64,000 nucleotides of DNA. It comes from Laetmonice hystrix. Lineage: Eukaryota. The stretch's first letter is position 1, and every line of letters begins with the position of its first letter. Shown piece by piece: positions 43,801 through 58,209 of the stretch. The position numbers and the translations under genes were made by a program. The stretch spans positions 42,410,001-42,474,000 of the forward strand of contig OZ249436.1 of NCBI GenBank assembly GCA_965235115.1. The letters are read 5' to 3'. The notes under the pieces were generated by a model, which saw only the letters and a program-made list of their open reading frames with translations, ran no database searches and was not told where the DNA came from.

Positions 43801-44858
43801 TTAGTTACATCAGTTCTTTGTGACTTACTTTCCTGGTGCGATGACATGGCAGGTTTTTCAGGTTGAGATTTTGTCTGCGCTGATTTTTCCTGGTTGAAAC
43901 GCATGTTTCCACGGCCACGATAAAAGAGTCCCCTCCTTTTTTTGTTGGCCTGGTTTGAGTCAGTGCCAGAGGCGGGCTCTTGGCGATCCTTATCAGGACT
44001 CAAAGACTGAGTCTTCTGACGGTCTACATTTTGAGCTTTGCGCTCATCAATGTCTACAGCACCAGCCTTGACCCACTGGCGCTCCACCTGTTTTACAGTG
44101 CCTTTTGGTTGCGAGGTTCCCTTATTTCCACCAGGGTTTGGAATCCTAGAACTACTATTATTATTTCCACTACCAATCTTTTTAATAGGAGCTCTTAATC
44201 TTGAGCCAGTAGTTGCAATGGAGTTGCCATTGTCGTCTCTTCCAACAGCATTGCTAGGAAAGTCATGTCCACGTTCGCTCTTTCCTTGTGTTGACCGAGA
44301 CTTAGAATCAGTAGTTGTACTTTCAGAATCATCGATCATTTTCCAACGTGCCCCTTCTTTGGGAGCATATGACTGATTTTTCTTAAATAACCGTCTTTTA
44401 CCAGTATTAATACTACCAGTTCTCGGTAAACTACCAGTTGATGATCTCCTGTCATCTGACGCCAGGCTATCTATAGAATCCAAGGATGCAGCCATAAGGT
44501 TTCGATTAGCATCCGACCGGGTAGATCGGTTAGCCTGGGAGGGATGGGAACCTCTCTGGTATTGGGGCCCCAGCCCTGTATCACTCTTTCTCTGAGTCGG
44601 TTTGTATGGGCCATTCTGATTTGCATTGGAAGAATCAACTTTTAGAAGTACACCGCTCTCTTTTGCTGTTATTTTTTCATTGCTGCCAAAGGCTGAACGG
44701 CGCACACCCACAACCGTGGAGTTAGGAATACGTAGACGAGATGGCTTGCCATTGCTGGTGAGTCCTTGGAGTTTGCTGCTGGATTGAGAGCTCAGAGACA
44801 TATCACTTGGGTAAGTAGCTTTTCCTACACGTGCCTGACAAGAGTAGCATGTACCCAT
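25888..44858 (-). CDS. CCSER: Serine-rich coiled-coil domain-containing protein, CCSER1/CCSER2 (FAM190)-like, probable microtubule plus-end protein
   Basis: Phase-consistent exons 44858-43246, 33921-33699, 33405-33355, 33234-33124, 31235-31146, 29927-29853, 28464-28364, 26349-26313, 26094-25888 (TAA). Motifs: SDDLMLE and QDITSFKTMLLKLKRIIQE (resembling the CCSER core), coiled coil ENSQLRQQ...ERTIKLLQQQM, ATTQTD, and SxIP-like SRIP/SQLP/SRLP. Confidence 0.75.
26369..26490. repeat. Short intronic tandem repeat, 3 copies of ~42 bp
   Basis: AAGGTCAAACAGGGTC(C/T)(A/T)CAGTTGAAAGACAT repeated three times. Confidence 0.8.
38794..39112. mobile_element. hAT-like MITE with CAG...CTG ends
   Basis: TIRs CAGGCCTTGTGTTTT / AAAACACAAGGCCTG, flanked by direct repeat AATAAT. 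Confidence 0.75.
39607..42495 (+). mobile_element. Pearl/HINE-like non-autonomous (Helentron-type) element with tandem cores, (GGAC)n microsatellite and 3' hairpin
   Basis: 459-bp tandem cores starting about 41080, 41539 and 41998; (GGAC)n at 42380-42444; terminal stem-loop AGCCACCAAAACCC-GAT-GGGTTTGGGGGCT followed by an A-run. The 5' boundary is approximate. Confidence 0.6.
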
Positions 44859-45443
44859 CAAGTCTTACTTGCCGCATCCGGCCTCACCCTGAAACAGTCA
44901 CATATTGATGGTTCAGATATTGATTATTGAACAAATACCTGAGGTCATCGATCACAAAAACCCTGCGTTTATAAACATTCACCACAGATCTCATCTCAAA
45001 TTTTTAAAGACAAGACAAAGCCCCTAATTATAATTTCAAAAGGCGTTGTTACTTTGACTTCACTTTTGCCAGAGCTGTATATCCACAGGGAAAAGTATGG
45101 TGGGAATATACATGTATAGTTTTGAGTTTGAGGTATAGATTGTCCGGTTTATTGAATGGCTTCATTTTCTAGTGGTCGCTTGTCTAACTATTTGTAACAC
45201 AAACTTCTCGTTAGCTTCCTAATCCAAAATTCAGCTGCACAAAACTCTAAAGACATTCCTTCAAGTTGGCTTTTGCCACTTAATGAAGTGGCATCACAGT
45301 GCTCACAGAAAATAAAAGGAAACACAGGGATTCTGAGGCTAACCACTGAAACTTGCAAGGTTGGCTCTAATTTTAATTTGATTAGTTTCACTTTCAGTTC
45401 AGGACAGAGGTCAGTGAGTGTGATTCACCAAAGTAGTCCTTAA

Positions 45444-46049
45444 GGACAAGTGCTAGTGTGAGGCCCAAAAATTTTTTTTGACAGATTTTGTTTAAATTTT
45501 GCAGATAAACAGAGTATGTTGTCCTCTTTCAAAATTCACCAAAAAAATGATACCTCACCGGGTTAGTTTTTTTGTTAAGAGCGTTTGAAATTGATATGTT
45601 CGTCATGTTAATTAATAATTAGTGCTTAGAATTTTTTTTTTTTTTTTTACCATTTTTATTTGTCATAACGGTCTTCAAGTTATAGAAGTGGTAAAAAAAA
45701 AAAAAAAAAAAAAAGTTTGATTTTGAACATTTTCACTTTTGCTCATTTACACCAGTAAAAAAGGTTCAAAGTCAAATTTTTTTCTCTCTCTTTTTTTTTT
45801 TTAACCACTTCTATTTGTCATAACACCGTTCTGACCAAAAAAAGTGGTAAAAAAAAAAAAAAAAATTGCAAACTGTATTCATTAACATGTAGAAAATACC
45901 AACTTCAAACGCTCTTAACAAAAAAACTAAGCTGGTGAGGTATGATTTTTTTGCTGAATTTTGAAAGAGGATAACATACTGCAAATATCTGCAAAGTTTA
46001 AAAAAAATCTGTCTCAAAAATTTTTTTGGCCTCACACTAGCACTTGTCC
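45444..46049. mobile_element. Kolobok-type foldback MITE
   Basis: TTAA on both sides. TIR GGACAAGTGCTAGTGTGAGGCC continues as inverted arms of more than 200 bp. Confidence 0.8.
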
Positions 46050-49000
46050 TTAAATATGATTGACCAAAAGTCCATTAGTTAGCAATGTTCAGTCATACTA
46101 CTAGTAATTCTCCATCCTAACCTTGTGTTTAGGTACTGGAATTTCAAAGTGTCTCTCCCCCTCTCCTTTTATGCACATGGGCATTTGACCTTCTGAGACC
46201 ATGGGCAGAATTACAATACACCATTCACTGCAGGAACTGGAGTACGACAAATTCACACCATAGGAACATGAACTGTACTGAATCTACAGGGTCTTAAAGA
46301 CTAATCACATGCCAATCTGAGGGATTACATTATCAAAATGGCATGCAATAATAGAAATCAGAATAACGACAACTCTTAACAGGATTGTGTTATATAACAG
46401 GACTGTAATTTCACTCTTATAGATCTTTTTCAAGTGCTTTCTTGCACTTCCCCTCTTTCACTTTGTCGGCTATTTGGACTGTCTAGTTTTCAATTGATCC
46501 CTTTGAACATAGTCGTCATAAGTTTGTATGATACTGGTGGCCCATACGATTTCAATCATTCAATCCGACAATTGATGTCGATTCTGGTTTCGACATTTTG
46601 AAGCCTACAGGATTGAAAATTATTCTGCTGTTTTGTAACAACAATAGGACATCTTTCTTCACTGGTGGAACAGGCTAATAATAATTGGACATCTCTAATG
46701 AGAAGGAACAGGTTACCGGTATAGCAAACGTAGCAAGAGGACCACGTTTTTCTTTTGAACTCACTACTTACAAATCGAGCATTTATTTCCTAACTACAAT
46801 AGTTAGTGTGCCTACTCCCTAATAGTTAGTATGGAGCAGAAATAGTTAGGACTAAGTGCAGAACCTTACATGTAGGTATATTTAAAAAAATATCCAGTAT
46901 TAAACATCAACTTTCAAATGAAAGTACACATAAATATTTACCTTTGAAGGAATTGTTCCTTTGAATTTTTTCTTCGTGATTGAAATGCTACTTATCTGGA
47001 AGCAAAAGAAATGAGACTGCCACTACATGCAGCTAAACAGAAACAAAGCAATGTTATAAACTTGGGTTAAAAACGGCAAGCAACAGGCACATGCACACCA
47101 CAGTTAGCAATTTTATTAATTAATATTAGATCTGCTTGCTAAAACTGAACATGCACTTAAAGTATACAATGCATCTGAAGGCTGTGCTGTACCGTACACT
47201 GAAACACAGTCTATCAAGATACTCTAGTATCAATTGGGAGATCTGTCACTTCTCAAATCTATTAAACAATATCAGGAGTAGTTTTACAAGCACAATAATT
47301 ATCACATCCACACATTCGGATTATCAAGTGGTCTGAAAGAACTAGATACTAGATACAACAGGTCAGATTATATATCACAAATCACGGGAATAACACAGAG
47401 GTGCCTTGAACATTTACATTGGGAGGAGTTGATGGAGTACAGGCATGCCTACTTGGGAAAACTCTGCTCTGTAGACCTCCCAACAAAAATGTTGTAGATA
47501 TGATTTTCCAAAATTAAAGTTTTTGTAGTTTTTAAATAAAATACCGAAGAACTTTGCCCACCTTTAATGCCTAGAAAATACAATGCATATATTAGCTGGG
47601 TGGTTGTACTTTGTACTTTATAGGAAGTATGAGTGTAGGACTTGCTGCCCCAGTCTAGCATTCATGAGGCTTTACAGCTCAAGGTACGACCCATAACTCA
47701 CACTTGTCTTGAGTGGTCTCAAGAACGAACTACAGCCAAATCATTAAGTGGGGGATCAGTGGTTGACAGCCATCATTGCTTCAATGTGTATTGACAAGTT
47801 TAAAGTGCATAGTGGTTTCATTTTAAGATACTCTGACTAGAAGTAGAACCCTCATGAGGGGTATTTTATACCTGTAAAACTTACACACAAAATCTTCAAG
47901 AAAAGGAACTAATATTGTAGGCTAGACTGATGAACTGGGAAAAAGTCTGACTTCAAATGTACCTGGGTAACTTTAGCCTAGGCTAGGGCCCATTATGCCT
48001 TCTTCCCCTGATTCCGTTTCATTTATTTTAAAATCGCAAGTGACGCAGTCATTACTTTGCTGGCATTCCGGCAAAATAAGTAAACGAGTTTGACTAATTA
48101 CCAACAGGAAACAATATGTTGGGTTAGGGTTAAGGTGAGGCCTAGGGTTAGTGTTAGTTTTGTCTCAAATTGGTTGTTTTAAAATTAGGCACTAGTAATT
48201 AGATAATCCACTATTTTGCCAATAGGAATCCAGTATTGCAGTCACATGACCCATCCATATGCCGGCAAAATAGCCACTGCCTTTGGTACACCACTGGGAT
48301 GAGACACACAGCTTTATAGACTCTGCTGATCTAAACTCTGGCATTAGTAGTCATGACTATAATATCATGATGGCTAGCTATGCACATGTGGCTGTTCCTG
48401 AGTCTGAGAGGAATGAAATGAGTGCAAATAGTGTTTACCATTCGTTTCTGTGCCAAAAAAAGCATTGAGTCAAACAGTTTGATTGAGTCTTGACCATGTT
48501 GACAGTGGTTCAGAGCTCTGTTACATCGGGGAGGGGTCTAGGGGGATTTTGACCATTTTCAGGAAAACGGTCAAAGGTTTAGTTTCACCAAATTAGGCCC
48601 AAACAACAAAAATATCTTTACACAATTATTAAATTTGTGCATTTTACAGGCTTTATTTTCAGTCTGATTTTCGATAATTTGCTTTCCTAACACACAATAA
48701 AGCACTCAAATTTTTCAGTGGGAACATGCCCCGGGCCATCGGCGTCACAGGCTCGCCAGTAACACTAAACGGTCTCACCCCGCAGCATAGGCTTGTTCGC
48801 GAAAATGCCCCATAGCATGCTTTTGCCTTGCCCAGTTTGCTGATCCACAAATATGTCCCTCCCTGACAATTTGTAGGACTCTTGACTTGATACGGTTTAA
48901 CATGCGAAATTCCAAATTTTATCTTCCCTGATTTCAGCATCGACCGTCATTTCGCAAGCTGGCGCTATAGCTGTCGGTCTCCGTGCACGCAGGAAAGTTG

Positions 49001-49619
49001 CACCCCGTTGCTGCCATCGTTGGCTTCGCCATTCAACCACAACAATTTTACTCAGGATGATCCTATTGGCTAACCAGAAATGCAAGCTAATTTTTATGAA
49101 TCACGCCTCAGACTGTGCTATAATCTGATTGGTCGGGACTTGTCACTAAACGCAAGGACCTAGGGCTAGGTCAGGCGTGGTGTCGTGAGGCGGGGCGGGA
49201 AATCACTGGAAGCGGTTCAACCCCAAGCTAGGGAGGATGGCCTATATATGACGACACCACTGCCGGTTCAACTCACCAGGAGGGCCGTCCCTCAAGCCTC
49301 ACTACACTGACCCGCTGACGCTGTCGCTTCTTGTTGTGAATGTCAATGTGGTGCTGGCTGTCTTCGCAAAGACACACGGCACGCCTTCCCATCGATCAAT
49401 CAATGACAATATCATAATCATTCATGACGACAGACCTCATCCTAAATAACTGAATATCAGTAATCACACAAAAGCTCGGCGATCGCCGGACCCAACTCTC
49501 CGCCAGCCCTACATCACTGACCACTGCTGGCTGCCACTGGCTGCCACTCAGCCTCCGAGCCTAGCCCCAGCCCCAGCGTACACCGTACACGGCGCGCGAC
49601 ACTCAGTCGAACCGTCTAA

Positions 49620-49801
49620 AGGCCAGTTTATAGTCCGTCGGCCGACCATCGGCCGACCATCGCTGAACGTTTATAGTTCAGCGATCCGGCCATCGGCCGA
49701 CCGATCGCTGAGAGTTAAACCTAGGTGAACTTTGACCTGACGTCGAGCGATGGTCGGCCGATGGTCGGCCGATGGTCGGTCGACGGACTATAAACCGGCC
49801 T
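49620..49801. mobile_element. PIF/Harbinger-type MITE
   Basis: TAA TSD on both sides; TIRs AGGCCAGTTTATAGTCCGTCG / CGACGGACTATAAACCGGCCT; internal CCATCGGCCGA repeats. Confidence 0.85.
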
Positions 49802-49989
49802 TAAGTCTAACACATACCGACACGGATTCCTTACTGACATCCTAACCAAGTGTCATTTCAGTTCTTACTCACCTTCTACCGTACCAACACATCGGCATGG
49901 TATTTTCGTACACTCCCATTCGCTTTGGTTTCGTTTACATGACGCTGATGAGGTGAATGAATGGAGGAGAAAACAACAACATTCATCTA

Positions 49990-50150
49990 ACCTCCTACTT
50001 ACATGGCTGCCATCTTGCGTCACTCCCCTCCGAAAGTTTACAGTTTTGCGCACTTCCGGTTAGAAATATTTCAAGTATCCTTCTCCAGATGGCGCTTTGC
50101 TCATTGCCTAATAATGTAGTTCTCACTTTATCGCGAGATGGCGCTTTTCA
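49990..50150 (-). promoter_or_regulatory. Probable promoter and first non-coding exon of the CCSER-like gene
   Basis: On the minus strand: ETS site CCGGAAGT (about 50052-50059) and YY1-like CAAGATGGCAGCC followed by donor GTAAGT (about 50000). CTCF-like CCAGATGGCGC and GAGATGGCGC lie at about 50085-50145. The 49100-50300 region is CpG-rich. Confidence 0.45.
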
Positions 50151-50304
50151 ATGGGCCGAGCTTCAGCGGGAGATTCAGCAACAAGTCTATTTGACTAATA
50201 TAAGGCCTATTATAGGCACAGGGGCATATTATATAGGCCTAGACAACAGCGTGCGGGGATCGGCGGAGGTCGAGTGCTTGTAGCTCGGCTCTTCAACTAG
50301 CCTA

Positions 50305-51222
50305 CACTGCAAAAACAAATTGGTTAATCTAACCAAAATATTGGTTAAATTTAAACAAATTTTGTTGGCTGGAATGAGTCCCACCGATAGGCCTACTTTG
50401 GTTGAAACTACCAATCCTGATTGGTTGACTTTACCAATTAAACTTGGCAGATTCAACCAATTAGGCCTAGGCCTATTATAGGCCCAACTCCTCTGTAAAA
50501 GAAGTCGACATTATCATGCGGAGTATAGCCTCTGAGGTTGCAGACCTTTGCATTTTCCTCGAATGGACCTGTCTGAAATCATCAGGCCATACGAATCTAA
50601 ACTAAAACAGTAAGATTTTTTCTCGGTTATCATAATTTCATTAGTGACGTGTAGGCCTACAATTAATTTTTTTGGTTAATTGGTTAAATCGACCAATTCT
50701 AATTGGTTATTAAATTTTCTTGGTTAATTGGTTAAATCGACCAATTCTAATTGGTTATTAAAGGTGCTATTCGTGGAAAAAAGTTCAATTTTTTTATTTT
50801 GTATTTTGTTGACGTTTATGTGATCCCACCTATCATGGAAAAAGATTCACAACAAAGGAAATCAATTTTTTTCATGGATAACGGCACAAATGAGGCTCTC
50901 TCAGAAGGCCTGTGGAGACCCTGACACGCCCCACCAAAGGAAATGGCTCTATCTCGGTGCGCACCGAGATAGGTTTCAAATGCTGCACACAAACTAATAG
51001 AAGGTTTATCAGGCCAATGGTATCGGTAGGAATTTTTTCTAGTACTATGTGCACAATGTATGATAGGAGAAAAGCCATTCTGAGCGAGACGAATAGCACC
51101 TTTAAGTCAACCAATCTAGATTGGTTGTTTCAACCAAAATATTGGCTGGACTCATTCCAGCCAAGAAAATTGGTTAAATTTAACCAATATATTGGTTAGA
51201 TTAACCAATTTGTTTTAAGAGA
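50305..51222. mobile_element. CAC-ended MITE with long AACCAA-rich inverted arms (host of a nested element)
   Basis: Left arm CACTGCAAAAACAAATTGGTTAATCTAACCAA...GGCTGGAATGAGTCC is the inverse of right arm GGACTCATTCCAGCC...TTGGTTAGATTAACCAATTTGTTTT. Confidence 0.7.
50762..51101. mobile_element. Kolobok-type MITE nested in the preceding MITE
   Basis: TTAA-AGGTGCTATTCGT...ACGAATAGCACCT-TTAA. Confidence 0.8.
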
Positions 51223-51288
51223 TAATTATTAATTTATGCCCACGGTTTCATTTGCCGACTATCACAGGTAGGCCTATGATGACACTTC

Positions 51289-51461
51289 CAGGGCCGGATC
51301 CAGGATTTTCTTTCGGGGGGGGGGGGCACAGGTGTGTGGGTGGATGCATGGATCCATAGCTACCTGACATGGGCAAGGGTCACTCAGTATGGGGGGGGGG
51401 GGCAAAACCTTGCTTTTGAAAAATTTCGGGGGCCCCCTGTGCCCCCCTAAATCCGCCACTG
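51289..51461. mobile_element. Short hAT-like MITE (CAGGGCCGGATCCAGG...ATCCGCCACTG family); related copies at about 57474-57622 and 62995-63152
   Basis: CAG...CTG ends with GCGGAT/ATCCGC subterminal motif and poly-G tracts. Flanking direct repeat is ACTTC here and ATTAAT at the 62995 copy. Confidence 0.6.
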
Positions 51462-51472
51462 ACTTCGGGGTA

Positions 51473-52179
51473 AGTAGCGTGGGGGCAAGGCGCACCCCGG
51501 GCCCGGGGTAAGACGCCCGGGCGGCATATCTCGCTTATAATTGCTTAACGATGCTGCCACCCAGCGTATTCCAGAAGTTTTACGCGCGACCTTTTCTTCT
51601 TTCTTTTCTCGTGCGTTATTCCTAGTTCTCCAGGTCGCCGTTCCCGTTGGGGTGGTTCGGATCCGGAAGACGTCCTAGTATATCCGACCAGCTATACATT
51701 AAGCCAGTTTCCCAGCGACTAGATCAACATGATTGTTTTTGCCCCTTTTTGAGTAAGGTCCGAACTCTACACATTTATCTGAAAAAGGGAGGCGATGTTG
51801 AACCCTTGAAAAACTACCAGCTGGAAATTAAAATGTCAGATGAACCCTTGAATTTGCAGAAATATTAAGGTCGCTGTCCGAGTGGGGTAAGACGCCTTCA
51901 TGAGCATGGGGCAAGACGCCCCATGCTAAAACTAAATGTTGATGTGGGGCAAGACGCCCGCATTATGAGACAAGACGCTGTGCCTCAGTGATAAAGGCGT
52001 CTTGCCTTTTATCGAAATTAAAAAGTGTATTTTTAAACATTCTTTCAAAGACTGAAGTTAATTAAATTTAACCTTTATAGGTGCAGTAGTAGAGTTTGCC
52101 TGTTTCGGAGTATGATAATGAAGGATATAGATCTATGGGGTGTTAAAGGTTAGGGGGTGCGCCTTGCCCCAGGCTACTT
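51473..52179. mobile_element. MITE with ~27-bp TIRs and internal GGGGCAAGACGCC repeats
   Basis: TIRs AAGTAGCGTGGGGGCAAGGCGCACCCC / GGGGTGCGCCTTGCCCCAGGCTACTT. Confidence 0.65.
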
Positions 52180-54004
52180 CTAGGCCTATAGACAAAGAAA
52201 GGGACAGGTGAGACTCATCACGTCGTGACCACTCAGCTGATTATCCAGTAACCATATATTGATAACGTAATGGACTATAATTATTTGCTGAATTGAACTA
52301 TTCTATGCTCCTTGCTTGGATTCCTCTTCTTTGGATGGAGTCCCTTGGTCACCAGTTAACAGCTATAGGCCTACATTGGGAAATATGGTAAAGAAACGAT
52401 TTACCAGTTTCTTCTTTGACTTGACGTAAACAATGCTCGCAGTGAAATAATGCCACCTCGTTAATTTCCCCATGTATTTTCAATGGGAATTTTAACGAAC
52501 GGACAGTCATGCAACTGGCCCCTGACAAGTGTTTAGTTAAACTCTTTTCAGGCGGAAGCCTAGGCCTACAGGTTAAACTGTGTAGGCCTACTAATGACGA
52601 AGGAGACTGACTGTATATCCCACAAGGGAGGGGCTTCCTATCATTTGCAAAATCAATTCTGACGTCACAATCTTTAGGTTTCCATGGGTCTCCTCTGGGC
52701 TGAACCCTCCTGAGGCCGAAACCTCCTCTGGGTCGAAACCTCTACTAGTCCGAATCCTCCGTGAAGCCGAACTCTCTCGTATTCCTTTCTGCCAGCCAGA
52801 GTCATGCGCATGCGCATGTGCATGCACCTGACTCTATGCACTTTACAACATATGTAGGCTACTTGCATATGGCTATGTGTAACATGTTTCTAGATAGGCC
52901 TAACTCTACAGCCCGTCGAAGTTCGGTTAGGCTACATAAGTTCCTGATTTCCAAACGTCCCAATAAAGAGCCACCTTATGAAACTCTTTAGATACACTAT
53001 GGCTACATATTGCAAAATATCAAGGGAGGATATGTCACTTAAGCTGCTTAGCATCTTTGACCTAGATCTTTAAAGGGTAAAATGTCAGAGGTCAAATTCA
53101 GGTAAATAATGATAAAGCTAGACCTAAACTTTTGCCCAATGAGAAACTATCATGGAGATTGCTCCTACTCTTCCAGAAATTCAAAAAATGAGCCCTCATT
53201 TGAGAAATTTTAACACGTCATAAGATACTGGCGCCCTCTCCAGTCTGTGGCTTCTCTCTGATTCAAGCCCCCGTCACACTTTCTCGGATCAAGCTACGGT
53301 TTGGAATGATCCGTAGCGCAAGGCGATCCGGCAGCTTCCGTGACCTGGAAAGGCGATGATGCGTGAAACTCCGTATCCAGAACGGGTTCATAAGGGTTGA
53401 CACGGCACCAGTAGGGGTTACTACGACAGTGTTACGGGTTGAGAAGGATTGTTACGGATAGCTTCCCGAGTCTACTCGGTATAGGTACGGATAACTTACG
53501 GATAGCTACGGCTTATGCTTCGTTTACACTATGTTCACGTTCTCCACGTTCACCACGTTTGTCAGAAACGTACTGGAACTTGGAATTATTGTTTATTTTT
53601 TCATTCTGAACAAGTTTTAATACGTTTTGATACGTTGTGTGACGGTCTATCACGGTGATCGGGTCAGAACGGGTGTAGGTATCGGGGTCCTGAGTCTTGG
53701 TGCCTCAACATCGATCTGAGGTCCACTACGGTTGGGTCAGGGTCTACCACGGATGCCATCACGTTCCCTCAGGTTCCTTCCTTTTTCTTCAAGTTCCCTC
53801 ACGCTCATCACGTTCTATTCAAGTTCCCTCAAGTTCCTCAAGTTCTAATAGGATTTATTAAGGCTTACTACGAATAGACGTGGGGTAACGTGGACTCAGA
53901 AGGTTTGCAACACATTTGGAGCACGTTTGTGGTCCCGGCTAGTATAAAAAGGAGGCAGGACAAGCAACACTCACCATTTTCTCCAGAGATTTTATAGAGG
54001 AAAG

Positions 54005-55370
<1,366 letters not shown>

Positions 55371-55929
55371 ACTTTGCATTATTACATGATTTAAGATTCG
55401 ATTTCAAGACTGTTATCTTTGTATATTTAATTTGAAGTAATTAGCTTACTTTAAAGGTTTTTTCTGTTAGTAAATATACAGTAAAAAATACTTGACATTT
55501 TATAAAAAATTGGCGCCCGATATCAGTTTTATAAATGTCGATTATAAGATTCTGTCAAAATGTTTAAGTACACCTATTAATAAAGTCTTACAACCCATAA
55601 TCACTCGATTGGAATTTTCTTTTGGACTCTTTGGAAGTTTTTAATTTTGGACCAAGTTTTATACAGTGAAATAAAAACAATTGAACATATAATTAAAAAG
55701 GTAAATCAAGATTGAATACACATATTTTGTATTCTGCTTAAACTGAAGGTGATAAAAGACATTTAAATTGTAATGCTATGTTTAAGGCTCAAAAAATAAT
55801 TTGGGCCAAAAAGAGTTTGTTCAACAATGAACAACTGTTTTCTTTTTTGTTTTTGTTTTGTTTGTTTTATTTAAAGAACAGTTGAAACACAGAAACAGAA
55901 GACTGGGGATGACTTGTTAGCAGAATTGT

Positions 55930-57035
55930 TCACTGACTGTCCTTGTCTGGAGCATCAGCATCCCTTCCCAACTCACTGACGTTCAGACTCGGTTGATGAG
56001 ACAGCCTTTCTGGTTGGGCTGGTGTACTCTGAGCCCTGTCAGCACTGCCAATTCTCACCAAGAAGGACCCAAAGCTGATTGAGCTCAGATTAACATCGCT
56101 TTGACTGCTCAGCAGCTCTTGATAGGTACCTTGTCCACCTTGAGATGATGTGGCTGGCTGTGGTTGGTCTGCAGTGCAAGAGTAGCCGGGCAAGGGGGAG
56201 GGGCTGGGGAATCTCTGCTGTGGAAACGGCTGCCTCACCCATCCACGGTCTTGAGATCCCCAGACACTGCTTGGTCCTTGGACCTGAGCTGGCCACTGTG
56301 ACGGGGGTGGCTGCCAGTCTTGTGACTGTGAGAGTGGAGGCTGGTACTGCTGAGGCTGGAACATCTGGGATGGCGGCTGTGATGGCGGCTGTGATGGCGG
56401 CTGGAACTGCTGGGCTGGCGCCTGCATGCTGCCCTTGTCTGCATTATTCTCATCTCGGCATCCCCACGGATGTTTGGTGGGAACCCCATCATCGTGCTCT
56501 CAACGTAAGATCCAAAGTATGTTGTTGGGTGGGATGTGGATTGGCGCTGTCCAATAAACTGTTGAAGGAGGGAGGCCAGGACATCTGATCTGGCGGCGGT
56601 TCCAGGTGGTATAGATGTGGATGTTGGAGTTTGAGCAGGAGGTTCCCTCTGGCTGCATGATGCTGTTGTGACGACGATGTCCTCAGCCTCAGAGGATGAT
56701 GCAGGGGGAGCTCCAAGAGCACTCTTTGGTTGGAGTTTATCTGTGAAGCTGTCCACATTCCTCTTGACCACCTCTTGGATATGAGCTGCCAGAAACTGAA
56801 ACTTCTCCCAGATCCAACTTTCTGTCCGGGTGAATTCATCTGCAGCTTGGCCAGATTTCTTTACTTCTTTTTTCAGCTTGCCCAGCTTTGTACGCATTGA
56901 ATGATACCACGTCCTTTCACTGTTCTGTTCATTCGGCTGGCTTGGTCTGCCCAGAGCCTTTCCTTCAAATGGACATCTTTATATTCAGCAAGCCTCTTTT
57001 CATAGATGCAAGGATTTCTTTTCAGGAATTCTATT
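55930..57035 (-). pseudogene. Harbinger ORF2, MADF/Myb-SANT-like DNA-binding protein, frameshifted and 5'-truncated
   Basis: EFLKRNPCIYEKRLAEYKDVHLKERLWADQA, a frameshift, then WYHSMRTKLGKLKK..KSGQAA...WIWEKFQFL, a BESS-like FGSYVESTM...AEMRIMQ segment and a Q/P-rich tail in a shifted frame. Confidence 0.8.
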
Positions 57036-58209
57036 GCTGCCAAAGTACTTTGGGCGGAAGACCACCAAAAGGCTATTGCCTAAGTACCAATCAGAATACA
57101 GTATTTCTACTTTGGCAGCAACAAGCCAGGGTAATTGCTGCCAAAGTACCAATGGGCGACTGGCTTACAAACTGCTTGTTGCCTGATCCTGCCAAAGTAC
57201 TTTGGAAGCAAGAAACATGTATACGGTCAACTCGGGGTTGATGCATGTAACAAAGTACTGTGTCCGCATTATAAGGCCACACGATTCTGCAGAAGACCGT
57301 GGGCTTCAGTATCAAAGTACTTTGTCAGCAACTTTATCAGGAACTCTTATTGCACATGTGGACGAAGAACTTTGTCTGGAAGCGCTGTTACCAAAGTCTA
57401 TGGGTACACATGCACTGAAGTGTGAAAGCACAAAAGTTGTTTGGGGACGTTCAGACTATTACCGCGTTATATCAGTGGCGGATCTGGGGGTAGGGAGTTA
57501 ACCCCCCTAGCCAATTTGGTCTTTTTCACCATTGAACGGTCTTAATTGTCCATGACTACTCCCCTCCCCCAAAAAATTCTTCCCTTAACCCCGCCCCCTT
57601 CCTAAATCCCGCATCCGCCCTGTATCAATACGGTTTTTAATACCAAAGTAGGCCTACTTTGACAGGAAAAAGTGTGATTAGGCCTATACTACCATTTCTA
57701 AGCATGACCTACTGAGCCAACGCCCTTTTTGTCTAGAAACATGAAATCTCTGGACCTGAGATTTAGTTTTGACACACTTTTTCATGACACACAGGGACAT
57801 TTTCGATGGCCAAGTACTTTGTCAGGTGACGCTGTCTTAACGTGACGTTTATTGACAGAATAAAGTCAGGAAGTCAAGTGGTACTATATTTCTGAACATG
57901 AGCTTTATTGCCAACGACCCTTCACATTGGACATAGAGAATTACAACTGTCGGTGTGGAGAAAATCTTAGGTGTAAAAGCAGAAGGTATACTCGTAGTTT
58001 GCTGACGTAGTCAAGGTAATGTAGGCCTACTTATACATGTAGGCCTATATAATTTGAAGATGCCAATTAACATGCGAAACTGTGTAACCCTGGAAAAAAG
58101 CCTTTCAGAACTTCCTTCGCGAGTTACAGTAAAACAGCCTGCGGTAATTTGGCCTGAATCTGTATAGTAATATGGAACACTTGGAAAAAGTGGACACCAG
58201 TGGCAACAG

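Noticed and set aside
43252..44376. Plus-strand ORFs of 204 and 112 aa
   Set aside because: Antisense shadows of the large CCSER exon.
56296..56306. TGTGACGGGGG matching the Harbinger left TIR in reverse
   Set aside because: Lies inside ORF2 coding sequence (PPSQ) and lacks the terminal bases and TSD; probably chance.
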